A stretch of DNA of 63,839 nt, counting the filler, from Asterionella formosa (Eukaryota): assembly GCA_002256025.1 (NCBI GenBank). It is 7 parts of 7 records of this genome, joined end to end, with 100 filler letters (N's around TTAATTAATTAA, not from the genome) between each part and the next. Parts side by side here need not be neighbours in the genome. Positions count along the whole stretch, not along the records: positions 1 to 9,066 come from NKIB01011212.1; positions 9,167 to 18,228 come from NKIB01011213.1; 5 more parts are not named here. One strand, 5' to 3'. The notes under the pieces were generated by a model that had not been told where the DNA came from, made no database searches, and saw only the letters and a program-made list of their open reading frames with translations. Below are positions 1 through 12,048 of this stretch, piece after piece; the stretch's first letter is position 1; the number at the start of each line of letters is the position of its first letter. The position numbers and the translations under genes are program-made.

Positions 1-1244
1 TTTGTACCATGCACTTCAGAAAGAACAAAAAGAAGAATAAAGCAGGTAATAGAACATGAAAATGGGATGGGAAAGTTTATGTAATTAAAAGAGGATACAT
101 AAGTAAGGGGTGGAGAAGAGTAGTACACAGCCAGTCAGCTCAGCAGAATCCCCCAGCCAGCAATATGCCATGAGCACTAATTGGGCAAAAACCGCCACTG
201 CTCAAATATGGCTAGTGGCCACTAGCGTAGCAATGGCAAGAAAGGAATAAGGTACTTCACAATGGGAAAAATAATACAATATCTCAATCAGCATATGATG
301 AACAAGTCCAAACCAGGGACACGCATCTTTTTAGTAAAAAATGCAGAATCTATCAAACTTGAGGATTGACAAAAAATGGCGGTTTCTGGAACAAGCAACA
401 TATCTTTTTGCAGCCCCAAAAGTGACTGTAGAAGCAAACCGGCCAGCAATCTATAGCTATATATTTTCCAAGAGCAACACAATCTATAACTTCGAAAACA
501 CCAAGGGTAGTTGAGTTGCAGAAGAAATTTTTGAGGCAATCCAAACTACCAATTCAATTCTCAGGTTGACACGCCATGTGCAGCCATAGCTAGAGAATCA
601 CTCCAAGATCAAAGCTACCACAAATTTTCTTTTTTAGGGTAACCAAAACCAAAATGACTAATGGCAGTTGACATGGCAATGTACCTACCAGTAATCTGGT
701 GGCTACTGCCTGGGTATGCCAGCATGTGTCAGAGTGTGTCTGTTAGGCTGTTGATGTCGATAGGTGTCCAAAGACTAGATGTAGTCTGAGGAACGGAAAT
801 AGACAGTGTATTTATGTAGCAGAATGAATACGCAAACGAAGAACGGCGCGAGAAAGATCTTGACTTGGTCTGTTATTCCAGGGCAGTACCGGTACTGGAG
901 CGCGCTAGGAAGAGGCGCCATATATTTCAACAAGTTTGGTGGTTCGTGTTGCGAATGTGCGGACAAGGCATTACCTGTACGCAGATTGCATACCGGTACA
1001 TAATAACAGATTTTGTCAGTACGTACCGGTATATAGATGATCAGTACATGCATGCAACCCCGTATCCCTAACCCAACAAAATATACAAACCTGTTTGACG
1101 AACATTTGTAACATCCCGGTCCTAATATATGTATTCAATACCTGGGTACCACTGCAAGACACCATAAATTCGCTGAACCACAGCAGCGCCGTCAAACTAA
1201 TTCCATTGCTTCGTTCGTTCCAAGAATACTAATATATCTACACA

Positions 1245-1749
1245 ATGGCGAATCGACGATTAATGAAGGTATGTATGATTTGATGAATGTTCCAATCTCA
1301 ATGGTGAAACATGTCCAACATCAGAAAGGAACGATTTGAGCATTGTTTGGAAGGAGGAGTCGTAAAAGTCAGTCGTATACTAACTGACACATTGATTCTG
1401 ATTCTGATTCTGCAACTGAATTACTAAAACCTTCTATTGTATTAAATGGATAGGAACGATCCACCTTGGAAAAGAATCCATTGGAATTTTGCATTATGGA
1501 ACCCATGGAATCCTCTGACATGCACTTGTGGAAGGTCTGTTTGTTGGGTCCAGCGGGGACTCCCTATCAGGGTGGCAAGTTTTATGTCAAGATTGACTTT
1601 CCATTGCAATACCCATTCAAACCACCGCACTTTACTTTCTTAACCAAAGTCTACCATCCCTCAGTGCAACAGGATAGTGGTGAAATTTGTACTGATATGG
1701 TCAATGAGGGGTGGGGACCGACATTGAATGTGCAACATTGCTTGACGGT
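1245..1749 (+). CDS. Ubiquitin-conjugating enzyme E2 (UBC4/5- or UBE2L3-like), 3' part lost in an assembly gap
   Basis: Exon 1 1245-1268 (MANRRLMK), GT-AG intron 1269-1453, exon 2 from 1454 in frame with the ORF. Contains GTPYQGG, FPLQYPFKPP, the HPS (HPN-like) motif and catalytic Cys in GEICTD. Runs into Ns at 1750. Confidence 0.93.
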
Positions 1750-2254
1750 NNNNNNNNNNNNNNNNNNNNNNNNNNNNNNNNNNNNNNNNNNNNNNNNNNN
1801 NNNNNNNNNNNNNNNNNNNNNNNNNNNNNNNNNNNNNNNNNNNNNNNNNNNNNNNNNNNNNNNNNNNNNNNNNNNNNNNNNNNNNNNNNNNNNNNNNNNN
1901 NNNNNNNNNNNNNNNNNNNNNNNNNNNNNNNNNNNNNNNNNNNNNNNNNNNNNNNNNNNNNNNNNNNNNNNNNNNNNNNNNNNNNNNNNNNNNNNNNNNN
2001 NNNNNNNNNNNNNNNNNNNNNNNNNNNNNNNNNNNNNNNNNNNNNNNNNNNNNNNNNNNNNNNNNNNNNNNNNNNNNNNNNNNNNNNNNNNNNNNNNNNN
2101 NNNNNNNNNNNNNNNNNNNNNNNNNNNNNNNNNNNNNNNNNNNNNNNNNNNNNNNNNNNNNNNNNNNNNNNNNNNNNNNNNNNNNNNNNNNNNNNNNNNN
2201 NNNNNNNNNNNNNNNNNNNNNNNNNNNNNNNNNNNNNNNNNNNNNNNNNNNNNN

Positions 2255-2999
2255 ACACAGTAGAATACTGCTGCAACGGAAATGCAACCGGAATCAAGGT
2301 GCACAATGTTTGCTCCTTGACTTTCAATAAAATGGCCTTGCCCTGAGGTTGTAATTTCATTTCCACGTGTGCATCCATTGGGACGTGTAGTTGTTTGGTA
2401 GTGCTTGGCTGCTGTTCTTGCTGGGACGATTGTCCTGACGTCGTGTCGTTGGTCTTGAAATACAAGACACGCTCCGACTGCAACACAACCAAGTAGTGAA
2501 TGTGTCTGGGCAAAATGCCCCGTTTCGAAATTTCTTCTCCGGGACTAAAAGCCAACCAGCCACTCAACAAGATGGTCGAGGGCTCATACTCGCGCAGCAT
2601 GAAGGAACACGTGGGCAGGTAGTTCGGTTCCACCAAGGCCTGCAAGCCTGGTTGCGCCGCCCATTCCATCATCCAGCGTTCTTGCTTCTGCTGCCCCCCG
2701 AAAAGACAGTCCTCTGTGCTTTGAATGGTACTGGAATCATCGCTATCCAAAATTTGTTCCAGTGATTCCGTCGTCCAGGGTTCCTCCCAAGAGGAGCGGC
2801 GGTGTCGGGAGGACAAACTGTCGTGTGTGGGAGCTCGGGGCCGAAGTGGAGGCTTCGTAAAGGTGGAGCGCCGAAGGACTCGAGGAGGACGATTCGAGGC
2901 GGGGAGAGACAAAGTGCGTTGCACGGGAAAGGGAACCGGCAAAGGGTCATCGGCTGGAATCATGTTCGAGTCAAACGAACGTCTCTGTAGGACGAACAT
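2255..2999 (-). CDS. Hypothetical protein with a possible PH-like region, 3' end in gap
   Basis: About 248 open codons up to the gap. Ser/Arg-rich N-terminus, then LSGWL...HYLVVLQ..VLYFK, loosely resembling PH-domain beta strands. Confidence 0.55.
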
Positions 3000-3085
3000 G
3001 TTACGTCAAAAAAGGTTCGTGAGGCAAACAGGTTATACATAAGGAAATATGTGCACTATACGTGCATGAATATATGTATAAATAT

Positions 3086-3595
3086 TCAAAATGTACGTAC
3101 CATCGGCGTCGTACTGGCAGGTTGCTGTTGCCACTGCACAGGTATGGCTTCCGTTGCGGCCGTCTTATGGGAACTCCAAATGGGCGATGCTGCATCCGCT
3201 TGGTGGACGATATAAATCACACGTGGCGCCGTTCTCCTTGTTTCTTGCAAGGGAGACACAATGCATCGCGTCGTCCCGGGCGCCTCGTGCATGAGAAACG
3301 GTTCCATAATGAACGCAGGCGCATCTGGTGGAGCGGAGTGAGCGGACCGATGAGGCGGACAGAACCCACCCTTGACATGCTCTAGTAACGAGTCCAGAAA
3401 GCTCCTCTGGCTCGTTGGCGTCGTCGTCGTCGTGGTTGCTGCTAGAATGGGAACAGCATCCTGCAGTTCCCATTCGTCGGCATCACAATCGGTTTCCCAA
3501 ATAACATCAGGCTTCTTTTCTTGAAACGACGGAGTCCGTAAGCGATCAAGCCAAGGACGAGGGATCTTCCTTCGTTCCTGTGGGGCGCTCGTCAT
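3086..3595 (-). CDS. Hypothetical low-complexity protein
   Basis: 169-aa ATG ORF in GC-richer, coding-like sequence with a poly-Thr run. No recognisable domain. Confidence 0.4.
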   Translation of the reverse strand: MTSAPQERRKIPRPWLDRLRTPSFQEKKPDVIWETDCDADEWELQDAVPILAATTTTTTPTSQRSFLDSLLEHVKGGFCPPHRSAHSAPPDAPAFIMEPFLMHEAPGTTRCIVSPLQETRRTAPRVIYIVHQADAASPIWSSHKTAATEAIPVQWQQQPASTTPMVRTF

Positions 3596-6016
3596 TTATT
3601 ACACTGGTTTGGAGGTGTGGGATGTGTTTTCTTGGAATGCAAATGTAGTCTTGCCTTTTGCTTGTGTGCTCTCGTGCTCAGAATGCATCAGCAAGCGATG
3701 CTGTCTTTTTACTCTCCTCCGCTAATACAAAATATGAGGAACGGAATCGTACCACATCCAGGATGCGTTCCATATGTTTACTGTAATATTTATTCATATA
3801 ATTTGTGTATCAAAACATCCATATACAAGGAGCTTGAACATAATTATCGGTTCCACGTACCTTGTTGTAGTGGCACTACCGCAAACTTTTCCATGTAACA
3901 GGCAGACCGGCACATGTGCAAGGTCATGCACTCTCGCATAGTATTTATATATATACATGTTTGTAAGTGTGGGAGTCAAATTGCATTCGGCGTTCTTGCA
4001 TTACTTTGTGATACTAGACTATACCAGTAGCTCCTTTCTCGACGAAAATACATAGAACATGGTCTATAAAACATATAGGTTAGCACGGTGCGCGTTACTC
4101 CGTTTGCTGGTGGGAGTCGACCCAAAATTTGAACTTCACCGCCGTCCCACCACCATACAAATAAATGGAACTGTCGAACCGGATGACTCGCCAAATCGTG
4201 GCGAGTACCGTATTTCTTTCCAAAAATTTACGACCGGGGGCAGACGAACTGGTCGTCGTCTACCCCTGTGCAAGGAAGTTGCGGTCATTTTTTTTTCAAC
4301 CAACATTTTATAATCTGGGATAAAAATAGAGCTTACCAATCTTGAATTTCAGCAAAATTCTGGTACCGGAATGTACCGTATCTTAGTAAAGCAGTATAAA
4401 CATGTCAGAAACAAACACTGCTCTTGTTGCTTTGCATCGTTCCGACGACACCAACGCATAGTAATAAATGCGGAACCATAAAGCCAACGACCGCAAACAG
4501 TATATATAGGATTACCTGCATACCAGGTAATTTGATTCTTTTACCATGTATCTTGTACTAACTGGGCGCGCTCTGGCAATAAAAAATTATTATATCATTT
4601 GTATTTTTAACACAAATCGTTGTACACATAACCCCAAAATTTGTGTTTATGTGGACCAAATTTGGGTAACACAAACACAAATTTTTTACTGTTACAAATA
4701 ACAGTACATTATACAATTAGATATTTACAAGGCATGAATGACTGTATAGAATTTCCTGGAATATTTCAAAACTTGCTTGCTAAAACCAAAAATGGCTTGC
4801 TCTCACCAGCAAAGAAGATATAAAAATATGGACTTGATGTCAAATTAAGGAAAGTTGGTGCATGGACCTCAAGGTACAATGCGTGAATGACTGCATCTCC
4901 AGACATGTGCAAGATTGCTGATAAACACACAGTCAAGGTTGTCATAACTTATTTTTCATGTCCTGCTGCTGNNNNNNNNNNNNNNNNNNNNNNNNNNNNN
5001 NNNNNNNNNNNNNNNNNNNNNNNNNNNNNNNNNNNNNNNNNNNNNNNNNNNNNNNNNNNNNNNNNNNNNNNNNNNNNNNNNNNNNNNNNNNNNNNNNNNN
5101 NNNNNNNNNNNNNNNNNNNNNNNNNNNNNNNNNNNNNNNNNNNNNNNNNNNNNNNNNNNNNNNNNNNNNNNNNNNNNNNNNNNNNNNNNNNNNNNNNNNN
5201 NNNNNNNNNNNNNNNNNNNNNNNNNNNNNNNNNNNNNNNNNNNNNNNNNNNNNNNNNNNNNNNNNNNNNNNNNNNNNNNNNNNNNNNNNNNNNNNNNNNN
5301 NNNNNNNNNNNNNNNNNNNNNNNNNNNNNNNNNNNNNNNNNNNNNNNNNNNNNNNNNNNNNNNNNNNNNNNNNNNNNNNNNNNNNNNNNNNNNNNNNNNN
5401 NNNNNNNNNNNNNNNNNNNNNNNNNNNNNNNNNNNNNNNNNNNNNNNNNNNNNNNNNNNNNNNNNNNNNNNNNNNNNNNNNNNNNNNNNNNNNNNTGGCA
5501 AAGGAGGATGCATTGCTATGAAAATTCAACTGCTAGAAATTAAAAGTTAAATTAATATTTGATGTCAGATAAATGATCTAAAATATCTTGATTCCTAGAG
5601 TGTAACGACGTTATTATGTATCAAATTGCCAAATTATTTTGTGTTCTAATACACACATCACTTGAGGTGCTTAGCAACTTCATGCTGGCGTATTGACCCA
5701 GTAGCTAGTAGTACCATGTCATGAATTGTTGAAAGATTTGATCATTAGATGATTAATTCAGGAATTTTAAAATTCTACAATGAGGTAGTAGGGTTGAATT
5801 GGTTGTAACCTTTACATTGATGGACTTCCATGAGGAGTTTTCAAGCGGTTCAAAACACAAGATAATGACAGCAACTGCATAATACACTAACTACCAGTTG
5901 ACACATGAATGGATAGATGAGCAAAATCCAGGAGTAAACAATAAGCAATTTCATGATTAGATTAAGAGAGTATATCAAGTGAAATGGACTATATAGACAC
6001 TTCACGTTCTCTATAG

Positions 6017-8986
6017 CTATACCCCAGAACCCCCTGGAGTAGGACGCTTGGCCCTGATGATTCGTCGTTTTCCCCCTGTGCTCTTACTAGGACCCCCGGA
6101 CCCAATACTGAAACCACCAGTCTGCGGGGTAGAAAAGCTTCCGGAAGCAGCTGGTGCATTTGGTTGCCAGGTGCCACCAAATCCACTAGCTGGAGTGCCA
6201 CCAAAACCGCCAAAGTTGATACTAGCCGCTGGAGCTGGAGTTCCACCAAAACCAAAGGAGGGTGTTGCAGGGGCAGCAGCGCTTGGGGCACCAACAAAGG
6301 AGCTTCCACCAAATCCTCCTGGAGCTGCTCCAAAACCTTGTGCACCGGGAGCAGGTCCAAATGAAGTAATTGCATAGGGTGGAACAGGAGATGGGGCTGA
6401 AAAAGGTGGTTGAGAACCAAGGCCACCACCACCAAAAGCAGCAGTAGCGGTTGCACCAAAATGAGGAGCTGATGCAACACTTCCAAAGGCTAACCCGCCA
6501 TTGCTGACTCGTGTTGATGGATTTGTTGATTCACTGGAAGCCCCAAACACAAAGGCAGATGTTGGTGCTGCTGGCGTCCTTGCTGCTCCACTATGGGGGG
6601 CTCCAAATGCAAGAGAGGGAGTACCTGAAGTTTGTGGCGCGGTGGGTGCCAGATTCATTGTCGATCCACTATTGGGTGCTCCAAATGTAAAAGAAGGTGT
6701 AACTGAAGCTTGCGACACGGCGGGTGCCGGCGTCATTGTCGATCCACTGTTGGGCACTCCAAATGTAAAAGACGGTGTAGCTGAAGCTTGCAGCGCGGCG
6801 GGTGCCGGCGTCATTGTCGATCCACTATTGGGTGCTCCAAATGTAAAAGAAGGTGTAGCTGAAGCTTGCGGTGCGGCGGGTGCCAGTGTAATTGTCGATC
6901 CACTATTCGGTGCCCCAAATGTAAAAGATGGTGTAGCTGAAGCTGGCGGTGCGGCAGGTGCCGGCGTCATTGTTGATCCACTACTAGGAGCGCCAAATGT
7001 AAAAGAAGATGTAGCTGATACTTTTGATGTGGCAGGTGCAGGCGGTGATCCACTTGATACTCCAAACGTGAACGAAGGTGTAGCTGCTTGAGCTGGTACA
7101 GTTTCCTTAATTGCAGCAGGTGTTGTTGTTGATGCACTAGCTGCTCCAAAGGTGAATGTAGGCGGTGTTTCATTTGATGCTGCTGGCGTCTTCATCACTC
7201 CATTAGATGCTCCAAATGTGACAATGGGTGTAGATTTATTTGGTGTCGTTGTTGATCCCTCAGAAACTCCAAATTTAAAGGTAGGTGCATTCTCCTGTGG
7301 TGTCAACGTTGATCCATGAAATGCTCCAAATGTAAAGGCTTCTGCAGCTGCAGGTGGCTTTCGATCTGTTGTCCTTGGGGCCTCCTCTTCTGCAAAGGAA
7401 CGCTTAACCTTCCTCTTTGGTTCTGTCTGTGCTTCAAGGGTGATTGGAAACTTTGCAGGTGTTTCAACCGAAATTTTTTCAGTTTTCACTCCAAAGGAAA
7501 ATGAAGCTTTAACTGGCACCATTGCTTCCGTGGTTGTTGGTGTAACACCAAAGGAAAATGGTGCTGTTGTTGCTTCTTTGCTTGCTGTTGTAGTTCCAAA
7601 GGAAAATGGTGCTGGCTGCATTGCTGCATTAATGTCCGTTCCAGCTCCTGGTGCCTTGGCATCTGTTGTAACTTTAATAGAAAAGGGTGCTGTAGATTTT
7701 GCGTTACTATTTCCAAAGGTAAATGCAGGTATGTCTGTGGCAGTAGCAGACTTGGTGGCTGTTGTACCCATATTGGGCCTTGGCCCCTCACATGCCAAAC
7801 ATGCGCTATTGGTGCCAATGTCATTGTATGCAAGACAGGTTGGGCATTTCCATTTTCCTTCAAACAATTTGGTCATGGCAGGTAACGACGCCCATGTCAA
7901 TGGTTCTGAGCCAACTCGACTTTTCTTTGCTGCTGCTGCGTGCTTTTCCTCATCATTGCCATCAGTATCCAAAGAATACCTGACTGGTTGAATGGTAACT
8001 TTATTCGGATCGCGGGGTTCCAGAGTAATGAGTGGTTGTAATTTGTAGGACGCGCTCAAATCTATATCGGCCGAACCCCCACCAGTGTCTGGAAGGGTAT
8101 AGACCATGGTATGGGTCAAGGGTGCGAGGGGGGCAACGTCAACAGAACCAAAGTCGTATTCACCATGGATAGAATATTCGTCATGAGGAACGAAGTTTGA
8201 GACTAAAGTGGAGAATGGAGGAGACATCATGTTGCTGCTGCTGCTGTTGGTGGTGGTTGTAGTGGAGGGTGTAGAAATGGGAGTACTCGTCGCAGGAGTC
8301 ATTTTTGTAGCAGGTGTTGCCACTCGCTGTTGAAAGCGAACCTTACTGGGCAATGGAGTATTGTTTGTCGCATTTTTTGCGTCTGGTGATGCGTGAAAGG
8401 TGACAGTCTTACGTGTTTGTTGCGGCTCTGCTGCTGGCTTCGCGACAGCTGCTGGACTTATCCGACGGCCCGTTTGGTTGGTTCCCAAAAGTCTAGTTCC
8501 TAAACGAAGCGCTGCGGGTGGAGGTTCGGTTGTTGGTTGCTCTGGGAAAAGTGATCCCTTGTTTTGATGCAGCAATGCTTGTATGTCCATCAAGGATGCT
8601 GCAGTTATTGCTGTTTGCTTGTGTGGAAGGGGAATCAGAATCTGACTGTTTGGCTTGTAATAGGTGCGGCTTCTACGCGTCCGCGACGGCAAAACAAAGC
8701 TGACCGCGGTGTCGGTCGCAGTATAAGTATCAATAGCATTAGTAGTTGAAGCAGGAGCGTCTTTGGATGCGGATTGCAGCTGCAGCTGCAGCTTGGGCAA
8801 TGGCGATGATTTGGCCAACGGCTGTGGAGATGGAAGAAGGCCCAAATCAGAACTGATCGTGAGGACTCTGGCTTTCTTCTTCTTGTGACTGCTGAACAAA
8901 CGACTGAACAAGCCAGGAGTAGCAGCTTCCTCTGGAGGGGTGGATGCGCCGTCCGCGACGCGTTTGCGGGATGGAGTGGTTGCCAT
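6017..8986 (-). CDS. FG-repeat nucleoporin, Nup153/Nup1-like (nuclear basket), with one RanBP2-type zinc finger
   Basis: Many FxFG/FG repeats. Zinc finger WKCPTCLAYN..ACLAC matches W-x-C-x2-C-x3-N-x7-C-x2-C. Basic C-terminus KRRIIRAKRP resembles the Nup1/Nup153 karyopherin-binding tail. Likely start MATTPSRKR at 8986; the ORF extends to 9064. Confidence 0.85.
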   Translation of the reverse strand: MATTPSRKRVADGASTPPEEAATPGLFSRLFSSHKKKKARVLTISSDLGLLPSPQPLAKSSPLPKLQLQLQSASKDAPASTTNAIDTYTATDTAVSFVLPSRTRRSRTYYKPNSQILIPLPHKQTAITAASLMDIQALLHQNKGSLFPEQPTTEPPPAALRLGTRLLGTNQTGRRISPAAVAKPAAEPQQTRKTVTFHASPDAKNATNNTPLPSKVRFQQRVATPATKMTPATSTPISTPSTTTTTNSSSSNMMSPPFSTLVSNFVPHDEYSIHGEYDFGSVDVAPLAPLTHTMVYTLPDTGGGSADIDLSASYKLQPLITLEPRDPNKVTIQPVRYSLDTDGNDEEKHAAAAKKSRVGSEPLTWASLPAMTKLFEGKWKCPTCLAYNDIGTNSACLACEGPRPNMGTTATKSATATDIPAFTFGNSNAKSTAPFSIKVTTDAKAPGAGTDINAAMQPAPFSFGTTTASKEATTAPFSFGVTPTTTEAMVPVKASFSFGVKTEKISVETPAKFPITLEAQTEPKRKVKRSFAEEEAPRTTDRKPPAAAEAFTFGAFHGSTLTPQENAPTFKFGVSEGSTTTPNKSTPIVTFGASNGVMKTPAASNETPPTFTFGAASASTTTPAAIKETVPAQAATPSFTFGVSSGSPPAPATSKVSATSSFTFGAPSSGSTMTPAPAAPPASATPSFTFGAPNSGSTITLAPAAPQASATPSFTFGAPNSGSTMTPAPAALQASATPSFTFGVPNSGSTMTPAPAVSQASVTPSFTFGAPNSGSTMNLAPTAPQTSGTPSLAFGAPHSGAARTPAAPTSAFVFGASSESTNPSTRVSNGGLAFGSVASAPHFGATATAAFGGGGLGSQPPFSAPSPVPPYAITSFGPAPGAQGFGAAPGGFGGSSFVGAPSAAAPATPSFGFGGTPAPAASINFGGFGGTPASGFGGTWQPNAPAASGSFSTPQTGGFSIGSGGPSKSTGGKRRIIRAKRPTPGGSGV
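6580..7090 (-). repeat. Coding minisatellite, 60-bp (20-aa) unit, about 8 copies, consensus SATPSFTFGAPNSGSTMTPA
   Basis: Consecutive 60-nt segments align nearly base for base (tcgatccact..gggtgctccaaatgtaaaagaaggtgtagctgaagct). Confidence 0.95.
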
Positions 8987-9066
8987 CGTTAGAGCTGGAA
9001 TCACGTCCGATTTAATTGTGTCCGTCCGACAAACATCGACACGCAGACAGCAAATGGTGCGCATCA

Positions 9067-9166
9067 NNNNNNNNNNNNNNNNNNNNNNNNNNNNNNNNNN
9101 NNNNNNNNNNTTAATTAATTAANNNNNNNNNNNNNNNNNNNNNNNNNNNNNNNNNNNNNNNNNNNN
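9067..9166. other. Artificial scaffold-joining spacer N44-TTAATTAATTAA-N44
   Basis: Exactly 100 bp. The core places stop codons in all six frames. Recurs six times. Confidence 0.97.
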
Positions 9167-9302
9167 CCACCAACACCCACCAACACCCACCAACACCCAC
9201 CAACAACCAACAACAACCAACAACAACCAACAACAACCAACAACCAACAACCAACAACAACAAACAAACAACAACAACAACAACAACAACAAACAACAAC
9301 AA
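9167..9302 (+). repeat. Compound (CAA)n/(CAAC)n/(CACCCACCAA)n microsatellite at a scaffold end
   Basis: Directly visible. Confidence 0.95.
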
Positions 9303-9549
9303 TGAAATGTTGAAAACGCTAATTTCTACTGCATGGGAGAAATGCTTAGAGTGCATTGCTGAAAATAATTGAATGTCTAGCCATCCCCATTTGTTTTGGA
9401 CATCGCAATGGCACATGGGAACAGAAGCGTTGGCAATTCCTCACCTCTACATTACGAAGGTATGATTGCAATTAACTTCATAATAATAATAAACTTTTGC
9501 ATTAGATAGCTCTTTAAAGTGGCATTTCGATAATCTTTGTTTTCTGCAA

Positions 9550-11325
9550 TTATTCCAAAACATCATTAGGCCTGGTAACAGTGTGCCTACCTCGCCCTAG
9601 CGCCACCCAATCGATCTCGTCATCTGGAAACTGCGACATCAAAACATCGACCTCATTCGCAACACTATACTTTGCCAGTCGCATGGCCACGGCCTTGGTG
9701 ACACGACCCAACACATATGTACCGCCGGCTCGATAATCCAACACCTCAACATTGCCGACTTCGTGAATTAAGTTCATGTCATCGCCCTTGTCATACGGAA
9801 TTTCCACCTCTATTGGCACCAATAAGTCGGCGAGGGCGTCTTCGACTACCGCCACAAAGTCCTGCAGACCATCTCCACGTAATGAAGAGACCGCCACCTG
9901 GTGATCGCCCATGGCAGCTTCGACTTTGAGATCTTCGGCCACATCTGGATCCAACAAGTCAATTTTGTTGAAAACTGTTACAATGGGTCGATCAATGGCA
10001 TCAATGTCGGTCAAGACTTGAATGACGGCACGCTGCTGCTTTTCCCACATTGGATTCGACACATCCACGATATGAATCAGCACATCGGCCTCGCGGACCT
10101 CTTCAAGCGTTGCTCGAAAGGCAGCTACCAATTGAGTGGGCAATTTTTGAATAAATCCTACTGTGTCGGTCAGTAAAACTTCTGGATGCGTCCTGTATCC
10201 AGGCAACTTAACCTTTCTCGTAGTTGGATCCAGGGTGGCAAAAAGAATATTCTCAGCAATCACCCCTGCTGAAGTGAGGAAATTCAGCATTGTACTCTTA
10301 CCCGCATTTGTATACCCCACCAATGCCAACACTGGCAGTCCGGTTCTTTCGCGTCCCTTGCGATGCAAATCACGCTGTCTTTGTACAAGGTCAATCTTTT
10401 TCTTAAGGGTAATGATACGGTCACGCACAAGGCGCTTGTCGATTTCCAGTTGTGATTCACCTGGACCTCGAAGCCCAACACCTCCAGCACCAGACTGTCT
10501 TTCCAAGTGCGTCCACATTTTAGTTAATCTGGGTTTACGATACTCGTGTAACGCTAAATCGACTTGCAGCTTTCCTTCCCGCGTCTTGGCGTGCTGCGCG
10601 AAAATGTCCAAAATAAGGGCCGTCCGATCAATCACTTTGATCCTACTTTCCGTTCCAAGAAAATCGTTCTGCAGCAACTTCTTGTTAAAAGCGTTTTCCA
10701 AATGCTTTTGTTGACCAGGAGTCAATTCTGCATCAAAAATGACAGTGCAACAGTCCTCTCCATTCTCCTTCATTAAATCATCACATTCCTTTACCTTGCC
10801 TGTCCCAATATACGTTTTGGGGTTGACTTCTTGAAGGCGCTGCGTTATTTCTCCGACACAGTTCATACCCGCAGTTCGAATCAATTCTCTCATTTCAGTC
10901 ATACTCTCTTCCAACGTAAAGTAGACTTGCCATTCTTCTGGCGTCATAGCCGATTGAAATTTGTCCTTGTATTTTTTGGACAAATCTTCGACTCCAACAA
11001 GGATACACTTTTCTATTTTTCCACCCATATAAAGACGATCTTCTCGTTCGGTCAGTATTCGTTCTTGATCTCTTGAGAGAACTATATCCTCGTCATCTTC
11101 ATAGTCAATATCGTAAAAGCCGACAGGGCCTTCTTCGTCGTCGTCGTCGTCGTCATCGAGTTCATCGAGCTGAAAGATCTCCTGCCTACCTTCTGGAGGC
11201 TCAAAAAGCACAGAACGGATGGTCGATGCAGTAAACGATCGTGTGTGTTTTAAGGAAGGTGGACAAAAGGCAATCGTCGTGGCCATTGTCACTGACAAAA
11301 GTGCCAGGAGATGTTCTTGCCTCAT
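9550..11325 (-). CDS. hflX: GTPase HflX, probably plastid-targeted
   Basis: HflX motifs [18 protein letters not shown] and [13 protein letters not shown]1 GYTNAGKS, G2 LFATLDPT, G3 DTVG, G4 NKID. Signal peptide ending TIA-F followed by an S/T/R-rich transit peptide (ASAFAP-type bipartite signal). Confidence 0.95.
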   Translation of the reverse strand: MRQEHLLALLSVTMATTIAFCPPSLKHTRSFTASTIRSVLFEPPEGRQEIFQLDELDDDDDDDEEGPVGFYDIDYEDDEDIVLSRDQERILTEREDRLYMGGKIEKCILVGVEDLSKKYKDKFQSAMTPEEWQVYFTLEESMTEMRELIRTAGMNCVGEITQRLQEVNPKTYIGTGKVKECDDLMKENGEDCCTVIFDAELTPGQQKHLENAFNKKLLQNDFLGTESRIKVIDRTALILDIFAQHAKTREGKLQVDLALHEYRKPRLTKMWTHLERQSGAGGVGLRGPGESQLEIDKRLVRDRIITLKKKIDLVQRQRDLHRKGRERTGLPVLALVGYTNAGKSTMLNFLTSAGVIAENILFATLDPTTRKVKLPGYRTHPEVLLTDTVGFIQKLPTQLVAAFRATLEEVREADVLIHIVDVSNPMWEKQQRAVIQVLTDIDAIDRPIVTVFNKIDLLDPDVAEDLKVEAAMGDHQVAVSSLRGDGLQDFVAVVEDALADLLVPIEVEIPYDKGDDMNLIHEVGNVEVLDYRAGGTYVLGRVTKAVAMRLAKYSVANEVDVLMSQFPDDEIDWVALGRGRHTVTRPNDVLE

Positions 11326-11420
11326 AATGTTGCTGTTGTTCTTGCTTCGAGTTGTCAGGAACTCCCTTCTTTTCCGAAAGGAGGGTTTGTTTTCTTTGGA
11401 TTCGTTCGTTGGACTTGTGC

Positions 11421-11444
11421 GTGTGTGTGTGTGTGTGTGTGTGT
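11421..11444 (+). repeat. (GT)12 microsatellite
   Basis: Directly visible, just upstream of HflX. Confidence 0.95.
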
Positions 11445-12048
11445 TCGTTTGTTTACCTCGTTGTGGGACTTGCTGTTATATGATAGGAGTACCGGTGATG
11501 ATATCGTGTGAACCGCCGCCTTTGTTCTGGGCCGTTTTGATATAATAATAAACCAAATTCTGCCGGTACAAACAAGAATAAATTGTACTACCGGTACATG
11601 TAGCATCTGGTTGTTGTGTTTGTTTCAAGGTTGTTGTTTGATGTTCTGTGTCAGTCAGTCCAGCTGATGCGCGGTATATTAGTACGAGGTATTGATGCAT
11701 AGATGCATACCTGTAAGTGATCACCGGCCAGGAGGCATCATGATCCTGGTTACATACATAGAAAAAATCGATTTGGGAAGGATGGCCTGACGGTGCCTTA
11801 ACAACCAACGAATCAAACAATATAAAATAAAGAAAAGCAAACACTAACCACAACAGGAAGACTCCATCACTCACCACCGTCAAATTAGCCCTATTGATTT
11901 GTAAATGTATAATTTATATTCATACATGAATAAATATTTAGATGGTCTGCGTACATCACGGTCACCTTTCAATACATAGTACAAGCGAAACCAAGTCAAG
12001 CAGGACATTATCAATTATCATTCCTAAAAGGGATCGACACGAGGTGCC

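Noticed and set aside
4080..4700. Possible DNA transposon end with short inverted segments
   Set aside because: No second terminus or other copy in the window, and the adjacent gap hides the rest.
1651..5543. Long ORFs crossing N runs (also 34841-35423)
   Set aside because: Their length comes from translated Ns.
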